The notes under the pieces were generated by a model. It was not told the origin of the DNA, ran no database searches, and worked only from the letters and a program-made list of their open reading frames with translations. The position numbers were made by a program, and so were the translations under genes. Of a stretch of DNA of 46,389 nt, positions 29,201 to 37,998 are shown in pieces (positions within the stretch are counted from its first letter, which is position 1; each line of letters begins with the position of its first letter). The stretch is from positions 1-46,389 of the IMG/VR virus record IMGVR_UViG_3300025117_000106; one strand, written 5' to 3'. The DNA comes from a virus. Taxonomy: Duplodnaviria > Caudoviricetes.

Positions 29201-32200
29201 CCCATTACAACCAGGCATTGAGCCAAAACCCAAAGGCGGAGGAAATAGAGAAACTGAGCGAAAAGGAAATGAAGGAGATATTCAATCAGGGTTCGATAGA
29301 GAATCTTCTTCAATTACTGCACGAGCAGTTTTAGATTCCGAAAAACCTTACACTCAATACGAATCAGAATCTAAAGGAGTATCGCTTGATACAGTTATTC
29401 CCCGCAATATGGATTATGATACCCGCAAAGAACTAAGACGATTAGCAGATGAAGTTGGCGGAATTGATGAATTTGTGAAAGATAAATTAGGTTATGAATC
29501 AACTGAGAAATTATTTTCTCATCTCGGAGCTGAACAAATTGATGCAACAGCGATGGCTATCGTTGCTATTGAAAAAGGACAGGGGATGATTATTGGTGAT
29601 ATGACAGGAGTTGGTAAAGGCAGAATTGCAGCAGCAGTCATAAGATATGCAGTAAAAGAAGGATATAAACCAATATTCTTAACGGAGAAAGCCTATCTAT
29701 TTTCTGATCTTTATAGAGACCTTGTTGATATTGATAGTAAAGAACTCAATCCTTTCATAGTTAATAATCCCGGAGGCAATGAAAGTCCAGATATAGTTGA
29801 TGAAGATGGTAATGTAATTCATAGAGCCTACATGGGTGTAAAGAAAAATAACGTACTTTCTTCAGGAGACATTGGGAAACACGATTTTATTGTTACGACC
29901 TATTCACAATTCAATAGTGAAAAAAGAGGATTGAAAAGAAATTTCATTGAAGAAATGGCTACTGGTAATATTATAATTATGGATGAAAGTCATACTGCAA
30001 GTGGAGATTCAAACACAGGTGAATTTTTCTCTCGTATAGTTCAGAAAACAAAAGGAGTAACATTCCTCTCAGCTACATTTGCAAAGAGACCGGATAATAT
30101 GCCGATCTATGCACTAAAGACAGCCATAAGCGAAGCTAACCTTACGAGAGACGATCTCGTATCAGCGATTGAAAGCGGTGGAGTTGCATTACAGGAAATT
30201 CTATCTACTGATATGGTGGAAGCCGGGCAGATGATTAGACGTGAAAAAAGCTATGATGGAATAAGTATAGATTATAAACCATTGGTAGAAAAGAAAGCAG
30301 AGCATAGTAAAGTAGTTGATAGCATAACCGATATAATAAGGGACATTATAAATTTCCAGAACGAAAACGTTAAACCGATTATTGATGCAATGGACACAGA
30401 CGCAGCATCCGAAGGTGAAAGAGTTACTGTTGAACAGGGGACTAATATGGCGGGAGTTGATAATACTCCATTTGCATCTAAGGTATTTAACGTTATAGAT
30501 CAATTACTATTTTCACTTAAAGCAGATTCCGCAGCAGACGAAGCAATAAGATTGCTTAAAGAAAATAAGAAGCCTGTTATTGCTATAAAAAACACAATGG
30601 AATCTTTTCTTAATTATATGGGAGTGCAACCAGGAGACGTTCTTGAAACTACTGACTTCTCGCTTATAATGAGGCGTGGACTTGAAGGGGTAATGAGAAT
30701 AAGAACGAAAGATGTAACAGGCGAAGGTACTCCGGGAGAATTATCATTAAATGATTTATCAGAAGATGGCAGGAAAGAATATAGAAGAATACTTGATAAG
30801 ATAAGTCAAACCACATCAGGGATAACAATTTCACCAATAGATCAAATGATTTACAAATTAGAAAAAGAAGGATATAAGGTTGGCGAAATTACAGGAAGGG
30901 CGATTACTCTAAAATTCAGGGATGATGGAAAAGCCATTGTTGAGAAACGTACAGAAAGAGGGAAGAAAAAGATTTTAAGAGATTATAATAATGGAACAGT
31001 TGATGTAATATTATTAAATGCTTCGGGAGCGACAGGTTCATCAGCGCACTCATCACCAAAGTTTAAGGACCAAAGACAGCGAGTAATGGTAACGGTTCAG
31101 ATAGAACTTAACATTAATACCGAAATTCAAAAAAGAGGGAGAGTAAACAGAACCGGACAAGTAAATAAACCTGCTTACATTACCTTATCAAGTGCAATTC
31201 CGGCTGAACAACGATTGCTCATGATGGCAAAGAAGAAATTAAAATCATTAGATGCCAACGTATCATCAGACCAGAAACAAGCAGGAGAAACATTTGAAGC
31301 AAGCGATTTTCTTAATCATTACGGAGACAGGATTGTCGTTGAATATCTGAAAGAGAACCGGGAACTGAATGATATGCTTCTTGATCCTCTCAAGATGAAC
31401 GAGATGAAAGAAGAAGAATTTGAGAAATTCCAGACTAAAGAAAACGCAGCGCACAAAGTAACCGGCAGAGTAGCAATACTTCCTACGCAATTACAGGAAG
31501 AATTTTACAGCGAAATGGAACACAGGTATAATGATTTTATAGAATATGTTGATTCAGTTGGTGAAAATGATCTGGAAGTAAAGACATTTAGATATGATGC
31601 TGTAACAATTACAAGCAGAATGTTAGTCGCCGGGAAAGGCGGATTTAGCCCATTTGGTAGAGATTCAATTGTTGAGAATACTGAAGTAAACGTATTGAAG
31701 AAACCTTTTAAGATTGAAAAGATTAATGAATTACAGGATAAGTATTTAGAAGGGACAGGAAAGAAAGAAAGAAAATCCAAGTTACAATCAGACTTCAAAT
31801 CATTTTGGGATGAATGGGTAAAGACACATCTCGACAGGAAAAAAGAAGTGATTGCAAAAGATTTCAAGATTAGTATTGAAGATGTCAATTCACATCTCAA
31901 AGGCGGACTATCAATCGAAGATATGGAAAAACGATTTCCTCATTTAATTGGCAAATCGGGATTTATTGAAAGAGAATTTACAAAATATCAAGAACTCTAT
32001 AATAAATTGTTTTATCAAGGTGAGTTTGTTGCTAATAATATCTTAGGCAGATATGATATTGGCAGGGTCTATAAAACTCCTCTTGTAAGAGATCAAGTTG
32101 CGCCAATATATTCAAATGGAATTTTCTTAGGTTGGGAAGTAAATACTAAGAGAAAAAATCCGTATGCGCCAAGTGCAATCAGACTAAGATTTGCAGTAGC

Positions 32201-35200
32201 AGATTCAAGACAGATGGTTATTATACCAGGTTCACAAAGAGATTGGCTGAACGATCTATCGAGTGAAACTTACAGCAGACTTGAAGCATGGCAGGAAAAA
32301 GACATTGTTGAAAATTGGGATAATTCTTTACCAGACAGTCGAAGGGAAATGAAACCGATTGTAACCGGCAACGTCCTCCAGGCGATGAAGGATGTAAAGG
32401 GCGGTCAACTTGTTACCTACACTACTAAAGAAGGTGGACTAAAAAGAGGAATACTTCTAAAGGATAGTAAAGCAATTTCAAGCGGTGAAGTAAGAGTACC
32501 TATTAAGAGAGCAAAAAAATTCATTCAACAAATAGGATTAGGAGATTTCATTGAGAGTGCCTCCGGTGATTTAGCTCTTATTAATGACAGTAATAAATAT
32601 TGGTTAATCGAAGTACCGGCAAGTAAACAAAAAGGCGGAAAATATTATCTTGATGAAGGTCTAAGGAAACTTGTTGCGGATGGCAGATTCGATAAAGTGG
32701 GTGACAGGATGAGAGGCAATGTACTAAAGAAAAACCTCGATGCACTTATAGATTTACTTCAGGATGATTTTGGAATCAGTGTAAGACTATCACAGAAAGA
32801 CATCAAGAAAATAACCGATGATGATATTTCATTTCAATTAAAGGGCGGGAAAGTTTACAAGGATGATTTTAATAATGATATCCCTGCCAGGTTCAGCAAG
32901 ATTCACGAATACAAATTAGGACACCCAAGATTAAAGAACACAAAGATTGAAGTTGTAGAACCAAAAACAGTATATTGGACCAGAGAAACAATAGAATCAA
33001 CTGGTTATACGCCAGAATTATTAGAATTAGAATTATTAAAAAAAGGAGATTTTGGTTATGAAGAAGGAAAAGAAAAGTACGCCGTTGCAATTACAGGGTA
33101 TCACAGGAGTAATCCTGAACAAGCCGGGTCATCCATCACCGTCAGTAGCAGAGCGACTCGCAGCGCATATACCGAAGAACTTATCCATACAATCGTTAAG
33201 GGACTTGAAAAAGAAAGTCCACGCCTCTTACGAAAAATCACAGATTGGGAATCAGGACTAAGAGAACAAGCGAAAGAACTTGGAATAGATATCCCGCAGG
33301 AGGGAGAAACCTTCGCTCAAGCTATGGTATTCTCTCATCTTGGATATGCTGACGAACAACCTAACGTTGCAGAAGTATATGAAATCCCAAAAGACATCCT
33401 TGATGAATTTACTGCAATCCTTAATGAAGGGAAGGTATCTTCAGACGTACTAAGGGGAGGATCTCAAAGAGGAGCGATCAGACTACCTTCCGGTAAAATC
33501 GATAATTCACTACATATTTTCAGAAACAAAAAACGAAACACAGCATTACAATTAGTCTCTCCCGAAAATAAAAGATTAAACAAGGGGAGAGAAACTTACG
33601 TTAAATTAAAATCTGAACTTGGAGAAAAAGCAGACGTTTATTTGAAATGGTTAAAGGATATGAGGCAGGAATATGGAAAGGACTTTGATCGGGATAGAAA
33701 AGTATGGAAACAAATAAAAGATGCTTCGTTCCAACTAAAACCTGCACAGACAGGAAAGATCGAGGTTGACAACGAATTTATTGAGAGAGCAAAGAAACAT
33801 TTTGGAGTGACTGATAATTATAAAGTTGCAGGTTGGATAACCACAGATGGAAGTATGCTGGACTTTAGCGACAAATCATCCGGAGGACAATCAAAATTCA
33901 GGACACAAGGACACGAAGAAATAGGCAAGTTTGAGAAGGATAAAACTCATTATAATAAATACTCATTTAACGAGATGGGTAACATTAGGGTGATATCCTT
34001 ACTTTGGGATAATGGTATAGAGATTGCTCAACCCCCGACAACAGCGCAGAAAGAAATAATTAAGAAAATAGTTGCGGATCTTGATGGGAATATGAATGTT
34101 GAGATCAGACCGGATTCAGATAATCCTTTTTACAAGGTATATAGAAAGGGAACTACACCTGAAGAAATACTTGGGGACATATCAGATTACTTTGCAGGAA
34201 AGATAAGAAGACCGAGTTCTCTCTCACAATTTAGGGCATCATATCAGTTAAAGAAACCGCAAACAGGCACACCAGAGTTTAAGAAGTGGTTTGGCGATAG
34301 TAAGGTAGTTGATGAAAACGGAAAGCCATTAGTCGTTTATCATGGTACGCCTGATGCAAGTTTTACAGAGTTCAAATCAGAATACAAAGGAACAAGAACT
34401 AACCATAATCCTGAAGATGTTGGATTCCATTTCACAAATGATCCTGCTTTATCAGACGCATATTCTAAGGCATATCTGGTAGAGAGTTATACGATTTATA
34501 AGAAAATGTTCCCGGAAGACACTCCAACTGCTTTATTGAATGATATGGGAACTGCACCAGGTACATATCCTATTTATTTATCAATTCAAAATCCATTAGT
34601 AGTTGATGTTTCTAAACAAATTAATAAAAGTCTTATTGACCAAGCAAAAGCCGATGGGTATGATGGTATTATTGCGGGTGCTGGTAAAAATAAAAACGAA
34701 TATGTAGCCTTCAAACCGACACAGATTAAATCCGCAATAGCAAACAGAGGAACATTTAACGTTGATAATCCCAATATCAGTTATCAACTAAAGAAACCCA
34801 AGAGAGATAAAGCAGAAAGATTCTCAGGAAAGAAATTTGAGACCGAACTCGCAAGAGAACAAGGAAGGGAACCCGAGACCGGAGAGGGAAACATTGTTGA
34901 CTTTGGCGCAGGATTAGGGCAGGTATTTACTGTAACGGCGGATAAGATCACAGACTTTGTTCGCAACCAACAAATTGAAAAAGAATTAGGCATATACGAT
35001 CCAAAGCTCAGGGCATTTTACAGGGAATTTCTAACCGCACCTGTATTTTTCTTTGATAAAGAACCTCAACTAAAGAGATTTTGGGATATTGTAGATAGGC
35101 ACTATGTAAGAAATATTAACGAAGAAATTGCAATACTGACAGAGGATAAATGGTTAAGTGGAAAAGGATGGAGAGACCTAAAAGATATTCAGAAAAAAGA

Positions 35201-37901
35201 ATTCCTTTCTGCACTCGAAGAATACGAACAGATGCAATATGAACTCCAAAGAGATGAGGGAGCAACAGAACTTCTCGATTGGGCTGATTTTGCTGATGAA
35301 TACGCACTAACGCCGGATGTAACAAGATTCCTTTTTGATGTTTATAAGCCAACAATTGAAACCGCTCTCGATATGGTAAAGGATGTTGACAGGTACAAGA
35401 TCATCAACGAAACAAAAGTTAATCCATACCTTGAAAACTATTACGATGCCAAAGCAGCAAAAGCAAAACAAGCCTTAATAGATTCAGAGTTAGAAAAAGG
35501 GAAAGATGAATTCTTTAATGACGACCCTAACGCCGAAGCTCTTTATGAAAACGAACTATTAAAAATGCCACAGGGGAAAGTTGATGTAGTAAAAGCACTC
35601 GAATTAGCATGGGGAAACAACCCACAGTTGCGGGAAACACTCGCGGAAGTATTAATTGATAAAAAGTATGAAAAGATAGATGGCAAAGCATACTTTACTT
35701 CATCAAGATTAGAGAAAGAATATTTTCTTAATGCAAACAGGAAAACCACACCGGAGGAAAAACTTCTTGAAGGGAAAATGGATGATAGATATTTCACCAC
35801 AAATGATAGTCTGACAAAACTAAAGGCACTCCGGGTAGAACTTGAAGCGGAAGGTTATACGATAAGAGATAAAGATATAGGGAAGTTTGCGGATGCACAG
35901 GAAGAAATATTACAGAATGCAATAACTCAGGAAGATGTTCTTGATCTTGCGATCTCAGCCGGAGTAGATCAGGACAATCCAATACTTGAAAGACTTGTTA
36001 AAACAATTCAGGCAAAAGGATTCAGCAGACATTTCATCCCTAAGAGATTTATTCCCGGATTTGAATACACGACAGAGAATTTTGAGGAGGCTATATATAA
36101 GTATATTAATTCCGTACCTTTCTATAAGAACAGAACAATTGGCGGTAAAGAACTTGAGAAGACGATGAGCCAGTTAAAAGCTCAGGGAATACTTGATCCG
36201 AAATCAGCAAACAACAGGTATATCCAAGACCTCAGAACTAAGATTGAGGGCAGGGATGTAAAGTTATCAACCGCATTAAGGGCAGTTGCATCAACCTATT
36301 ATCTTGCATTATCACCCGCTTATCTATCACAACAGATCGTACAGCCATTAAATACGCTATTGCCATTGTTACCAGTGGTAGCAAAAGAATTAGGATTAAA
36401 AGCAATTGAAGCCGAGAAAGCATTTGGAGAATCATTATACTCATCACTTGGATATTGGGCTTGGAAGGTTTACGACAAAACGCACAGAGTATTAGGCAGA
36501 CCAACAAACGCCACGTTTGGGTTAGATAGAGAATTTCTCTCAGTGATAAGATCACTCGAAAGGCAAGGAGTTGGAAAACCATTAAGAGCGATGGAATTAG
36601 CAGGACAGAAAGTTGATCCTAAGAAGTATTATGCTTCCGACATATTAACTCAATCTACAAAAATGACAAAATGGTTAGCTACAATAGCAGGAATACCGGG
36701 CATTGTAATTGAAGATTTTACCAGAACAATAGGAATAAGAGCATTTTACACTTTAGGTAAAAAAGCTGGACTGAAGGGAGATAAATTAGAGGACTTTATC
36801 TCAACGAATATAGCCAAGTCTTATGGTCCGGCATCAGGAAGATTAGCAAAACCTCCGGGATATTATATTGCAGGTGAGGGAAGAATGAAGCCGATGAAAG
36901 AGGTTGCACAATCGACAATAGAATCCTGGTTGACATTTAAGAACTTTGCATTTATGAATTTCGGACAATGGGGAAAAATATGGAGAGCATTAAGAAACAA
37001 TACTATGTTCAGACCAATAGCTTACAAATTAGGAGCACAGATCGCATTAGGCGGATTAAAATATATGATGTGGACTTCATCAATACTTACATTATTAAGT
37101 GGTCTTTATGCTTTACTTAATGTTACCGAAGATCCCGAAGAACAATACGAGGGATTATTTAAGCATTTCAATAAACTCATTCCCGGATTAGGAGACGCAT
37201 TATATAAAGGTGTAGCTTCAATAACATTCAAAGTTGATTTGAGCGCAATGTTCGGACAGACAGCTCCACTTGAAGAACCATTTACAAAAGATGCAGTACA
37301 ACTTATCGGAGGCGCACCCGCATCAGCCATTGAAGATATTATCGGAGGAAGATTGCCGAGAGGAGTAAGAGGATTTCAGCAGGTAGAAAAATATGAAAAA
37401 GAAGGGGTGAAGTTAGGCAGCAGAAAATTGATTCCTTCAGAAAAAGATTATAAAGAGATGGATAGTTCAGAAAAGAAAAAATCAAGACCTCCAGTCACCG
37501 AAGAAGAAAAGATAAAACGTAAACTTGGTTTTACTCCGTTAAGAATATCGGACGCATACCAGGAAGAAAATAACAGACAATTTAAGTCAGGTCAATACAC
37601 GGACATAATAAGAAATAAAGTTACAGACAAAATTATTCCAATGATCGAGACAGGCAGGGGGAAAGAAGCGAGAGAGGAGTTCAAAAAATTATTTGAAGAA
37701 ATGAAAGCAGATAATATTCTAACGAAGGGACAACTTGAATCAGTTAAGACCACAAATAATTTTATTTCTCAGATAGTTTTGACACGACTTCAGCAAGAAG
37801 AAAGAGATTTCATAAAAGGCTGGAAGAACGGACGTAGCAACTCCCGTACCAGAAAAGGAGAGGAAAGAGAGACCAGAACAAGAGAAAGCGAAACAAGATA
37901 G
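23295..37901 (+). CDS. Giant polyvalent (DarB-like) virion protein, 4868 aa: InPase, DUF2958-like, N6-adenine MTase, strawberry-notch SF2 helicase, zincin-like segment, ART-PolyVal
   Basis: InPase 'GNYKKGHI..ISIENPKGSIRSG..YGYIKGT.GKDKDHIDVF' (~25620-26040); DUF2958-like 'WEWYG..GFVHGFEDEYGSFSESEL' (~27100-27350); MTase 'QQYSTP/VLEPSAGNG/NPPF' (NPPF 28551); helicase 'GDMTGVGKGR' (29595), DESH (29982), 'GRVNRTGQ'; ART 'FKKWFGDSKVVDENGKPLVVYHGT..EYVAF' (~34260-34780). Confidence 0.92.
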   Translation: MSKQPQILKFKDFDWGDKPDTDTLVKDKPKAFNDFDWEEKKPETKGTPETTVPLSTERYKPTNVFDAFNTTNAKLPILVPDKVPEEKPQTKQPTIKEGLSGRIPVPQFEGFALPEQGTLDQALFNVAPEFVKRQQEREELSNKLWKGIQQGSETIEPLSGQRLGDLKLENAPMGEVRNAIDLVVNSGLKMIPGTIEALGLIADKIVQRGLSPQMRIEDFIPPAPTVSKFTGDIGKTVREGIDTFAPTDPKIKGFFSSTLPSAVGSGLGFLAGGLGGKAIKLPTMLSTLLLSTSQAAEEYNSALKQTGDYNKAYNVFIGNLPFAATEVVPFEFLFKRLDKLGGRKGTQLLIDMLVQGTVEGSQEVIQQFGTNLNAKLIYDASRSLSEGTLEGGAAGFITGMLLSGIGNIASKRLEEGNLTPEEIKHLIKTIEKVNLSKAKVEAEFKNFQTDATVRDLLNPEKIKTQSKDYLKQTEQEPLQPPARDIEKGTINIEPGGLDLGTLTDLTPQERQKNGLPQTESFDKDLELINAVAQKTANGITDLTEQEKIIQEVYSTQTNDLVKQIKESPEFRQQQSIIRQQTKQKQKLDTDNFAELTRQFKNAQRRRVLVDPGTLTQGVEGITTPELKTKAETLFKEATEYNNKLQKRNEFTLENLSRKKFGTESISTLDEEQQQALLSEFNEMKKQGFKEFKNIQPITKGGGYAIQKRQAEEILQRQPEEIREQVSERVQPGIEGIRPPEEVISEDQKEKPEEDVSKGQGKEETRNVKEEDDFFIDLEPTEAQKEAGNYKKGHIKRDGFDISIENPKGSIRSGKDSDGKTWETKINNDYGYIKGTVGKDKDHIDVFLSDNYQEDAPVFIVNQTTPEGKFDEHKVMLGFTDKGEAEQSYISNYEKGKANYSDIIEMPMDEFKQWSKDQNLTKKPAVKPTELIDDEMDDLVNQLTEEPPPEPPKSEGKLSSWYDKFEELKSKNDLAGLDNLYGKVKIALNGVAQGRNAVPEFEALKKEIESYAEEIKPKPPETKIEKQPEKTLPEDAFAIKLKSGKVIADKEAENHTQIIEKNNINEDDVVDVGFISENKFLTTKELSEKVKMEIAEEKKPYEMTDDEWLDKTRFYRSGKDKMVETPEGNRVILKAENTPSNYKENSRDFLLNIVRKRHIAQALKEGKDIPEEVLKNYSDLQISVEKSIEKPEPDNNAVAIKRMLSEGKTLEQISTALKIPINEIEPLLPKEEKEAVEEPEPEKSPTAIETSEQIMRDAKGYPIAIDDYGTEHTIKLWGTHIVRIKTEDPNEMRLGGTGWEWYGFKKSGDIWEGFVHGFEDEYGSFSESELKENGVTIRTDPKDLLELMPPIGWKWKQKPKAIPMSKLGKAPEPKPKVEKKPEPPSIIDDEMDALINDIDFQLKKPKTTDYKKDIGFKTVTSKQKPTYQLKPGEKIPADKQLKAIELVGKFIEKELYPFDNIVQAVRQKYGDERTERLLPALKSGYSAYLSNATDAETEKMDSFDYVKKYALEETKPEKKNRTTIRPVLATEVRNLLIDVNKMTPAQADYKLKGTDIETLEIWKKELTERGKGETGTTLISRPFIQRVREEIRNGNQLTKTQLEKIAKEYDITDPSIAKEQAELAIVAEARKIINETPNEKEAYDKVVEMYGNQPNLTHRTNISVENQQYSTPAPISYVAGLYVADGIGNGDVLEPSAGNGMLVIAFNTSQVYVNELDEIRNANLRQTKYEGISNVDAEKNDNIFNKKFDGIITNPPFGSVEEKKFNDYKLNKLEHVMAANALKQMRNDGRASIIIGGHNRYDNKGRLQNDRTFFNWLYHYYNVEAVLNISGDLYKKQGTQFPIRLILINGIKETPQGASPLFDAQRDAEIKDFEDLYNRVKEIRDGNILQPGVDAQRRPGGITDVRNPEGKGIQEAGRTETLPETEANKPDKEKPAGSGKTTTVSERPSGSGEPISGKPGAISGTDTGKPPLQPGIEPKPKGGGNRETERKGNEGDIQSGFDRESSSITARAVLDSEKPYTQYESESKGVSLDTVIPRNMDYDTRKELRRLADEVGGIDEFVKDKLGYESTEKLFSHLGAEQIDATAMAIVAIEKGQGMIIGDMTGVGKGRIAAAVIRYAVKEGYKPIFLTEKAYLFSDLYRDLVDIDSKELNPFIVNNPGGNESPDIVDEDGNVIHRAYMGVKKNNVLSSGDIGKHDFIVTTYSQFNSEKRGLKRNFIEEMATGNIIIMDESHTASGDSNTGEFFSRIVQKTKGVTFLSATFAKRPDNMPIYALKTAISEANLTRDDLVSAIESGGVALQEILSTDMVEAGQMIRREKSYDGISIDYKPLVEKKAEHSKVVDSITDIIRDIINFQNENVKPIIDAMDTDAASEGERVTVEQGTNMAGVDNTPFASKVFNVIDQLLFSLKADSAADEAIRLLKENKKPVIAIKNTMESFLNYMGVQPGDVLETTDFSLIMRRGLEGVMRIRTKDVTGEGTPGELSLNDLSEDGRKEYRRILDKISQTTSGITISPIDQMIYKLEKEGYKVGEITGRAITLKFRDDGKAIVEKRTERGKKKILRDYNNGTVDVILLNASGATGSSAHSSPKFKDQRQRVMVTVQIELNINTEIQKRGRVNRTGQVNKPAYITLSSAIPAEQRLLMMAKKKLKSLDANVSSDQKQAGETFEASDFLNHYGDRIVVEYLKENRELNDMLLDPLKMNEMKEEEFEKFQTKENAAHKVTGRVAILPTQLQEEFYSEMEHRYNDFIEYVDSVGENDLEVKTFRYDAVTITSRMLVAGKGGFSPFGRDSIVENTEVNVLKKPFKIEKINELQDKYLEGTGKKERKSKLQSDFKSFWDEWVKTHLDRKKEVIAKDFKISIEDVNSHLKGGLSIEDMEKRFPHLIGKSGFIEREFTKYQELYNKLFYQGEFVANNILGRYDIGRVYKTPLVRDQVAPIYSNGIFLGWEVNTKRKNPYAPSAIRLRFAVADSRQMVIIPGSQRDWLNDLSSETYSRLEAWQEKDIVENWDNSLPDSRREMKPIVTGNVLQAMKDVKGGQLVTYTTKEGGLKRGILLKDSKAISSGEVRVPIKRAKKFIQQIGLGDFIESASGDLALINDSNKYWLIEVPASKQKGGKYYLDEGLRKLVADGRFDKVGDRMRGNVLKKNLDALIDLLQDDFGISVRLSQKDIKKITDDDISFQLKGGKVYKDDFNNDIPARFSKIHEYKLGHPRLKNTKIEVVEPKTVYWTRETIESTGYTPELLELELLKKGDFGYEEGKEKYAVAITGYHRSNPEQAGSSITVSSRATRSAYTEELIHTIVKGLEKESPRLLRKITDWESGLREQAKELGIDIPQEGETFAQAMVFSHLGYADEQPNVAEVYEIPKDILDEFTAILNEGKVSSDVLRGGSQRGAIRLPSGKIDNSLHIFRNKKRNTALQLVSPENKRLNKGRETYVKLKSELGEKADVYLKWLKDMRQEYGKDFDRDRKVWKQIKDASFQLKPAQTGKIEVDNEFIERAKKHFGVTDNYKVAGWITTDGSMLDFSDKSSGGQSKFRTQGHEEIGKFEKDKTHYNKYSFNEMGNIRVISLLWDNGIEIAQPPTTAQKEIIKKIVADLDGNMNVEIRPDSDNPFYKVYRKGTTPEEILGDISDYFAGKIRRPSSLSQFRASYQLKKPQTGTPEFKKWFGDSKVVDENGKPLVVYHGTPDASFTEFKSEYKGTRTNHNPEDVGFHFTNDPALSDAYSKAYLVESYTIYKKMFPEDTPTALLNDMGTAPGTYPIYLSIQNPLVVDVSKQINKSLIDQAKADGYDGIIAGAGKNKNEYVAFKPTQIKSAIANRGTFNVDNPNISYQLKKPKRDKAERFSGKKFETELAREQGREPETGEGNIVDFGAGLGQVFTVTADKITDFVRNQQIEKELGIYDPKLRAFYREFLTAPVFFFDKEPQLKRFWDIVDRHYVRNINEEIAILTEDKWLSGKGWRDLKDIQKKEFLSALEEYEQMQYELQRDEGATELLDWADFADEYALTPDVTRFLFDVYKPTIETALDMVKDVDRYKIINETKVNPYLENYYDAKAAKAKQALIDSELEKGKDEFFNDDPNAEALYENELLKMPQGKVDVVKALELAWGNNPQLRETLAEVLIDKKYEKIDGKAYFTSSRLEKEYFLNANRKTTPEEKLLEGKMDDRYFTTNDSLTKLKALRVELEAEGYTIRDKDIGKFADAQEEILQNAITQEDVLDLAISAGVDQDNPILERLVKTIQAKGFSRHFIPKRFIPGFEYTTENFEEAIYKYINSVPFYKNRTIGGKELEKTMSQLKAQGILDPKSANNRYIQDLRTKIEGRDVKLSTALRAVASTYYLALSPAYLSQQIVQPLNTLLPLLPVVAKELGLKAIEAEKAFGESLYSSLGYWAWKVYDKTHRVLGRPTNATFGLDREFLSVIRSLERQGVGKPLRAMELAGQKVDPKKYYASDILTQSTKMTKWLATIAGIPGIVIEDFTRTIGIRAFYTLGKKAGLKGDKLEDFISTNIAKSYGPASGRLAKPPGYYIAGEGRMKPMKEVAQSTIESWLTFKNFAFMNFGQWGKIWRALRNNTMFRPIAYKLGAQIALGGLKYMMWTSSILTLLSGLYALLNVTEDPEEQYEGLFKHFNKLIPGLGDALYKGVASITFKVDLSAMFGQTAPLEEPFTKDAVQLIGGAPASAIEDIIGGRLPRGVRGFQQVEKYEKEGVKLGSRKLIPSEKDYKEMDSSEKKKSRPPVTEEEKIKRKLGFTPLRISDAYQEENNRQFKSGQYTDIIRNKVTDKIIPMIETGRGKEAREEFKKLFEEMKADNILTKGQLESVKTTNNFISQIVLTRLQQEERDFIKGWKNGRSNSRTRKGEERETRTRESETR
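25402..25596 (+). CDS. Nested +1-frame gene: small basic MPYKS-type phage protein (64 aa)
   Basis: AGGAGG at 25391-25396, 5 nt before the ATG; 'MPYKSDKQRKYFNAN..VNEFNQESKGLDLP' resembles a recurring small phage protein type as I recall it. Confidence 0.75.
   Translation: MPYKSDKQRKYFNANRKKLGNKLVNEFNQESKGLDLPKKSSPKIKKRNPKKMSVKDRVRKKLGM
28945..29334 (+). CDS. Nested +1-frame gene: acidic helical protein (129 aa)
   Basis: AAGGAG at 28932-28937, 7 nt before the ATG; amphipathic L/E/K-rich product; exactly occupies the MTase-helicase linker. Confidence 0.7.
   Translation: MEIYYNPELMHNEDQAELLMCETPKGKEFKKLEELKPFLKQRLTNLIKKSPQDLEKLQQLVNDLLEVENPYLESPEQLAELILESPHYNQALSQNPKAEEIEKLSEKEMKEIFNQGSIENLLQLLHEQF
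33058..33261 (+). CDS. Possible third nested +1-frame gene (67 aa)
   Basis: AAGGAG at 33043-33048, 9 nt before the ATG; the main frame uses atypical C-ending codons here. Confidence 0.4.
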   Translation: MKKEKKSTPLQLQGITGVILNKPGHPSPSVAERLAAHIPKNLSIQSLRDLKKKVHASYEKSQIGNQD

Positions 37902-37998
37902 AAAAATATTTTCATCCTCATAAAATCCACAAAAACAACAGCTTGCAGATACGGCACAACCTTTGTAATAGACACATCTGAAAATAATTTTTACAAAC

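Noticed and set aside
35986-36168. +1-frame 60-aa ORF in the giant gene
   Set aside because: TTG start with no SD; it overlaps a well-formed main-frame region.
37940-37985. Possible structured RNA or terminator after the giant gene (CAGAT...ATCTG)
   Set aside because: Only a 5-bp outer stem with a weak interior; not supportable.
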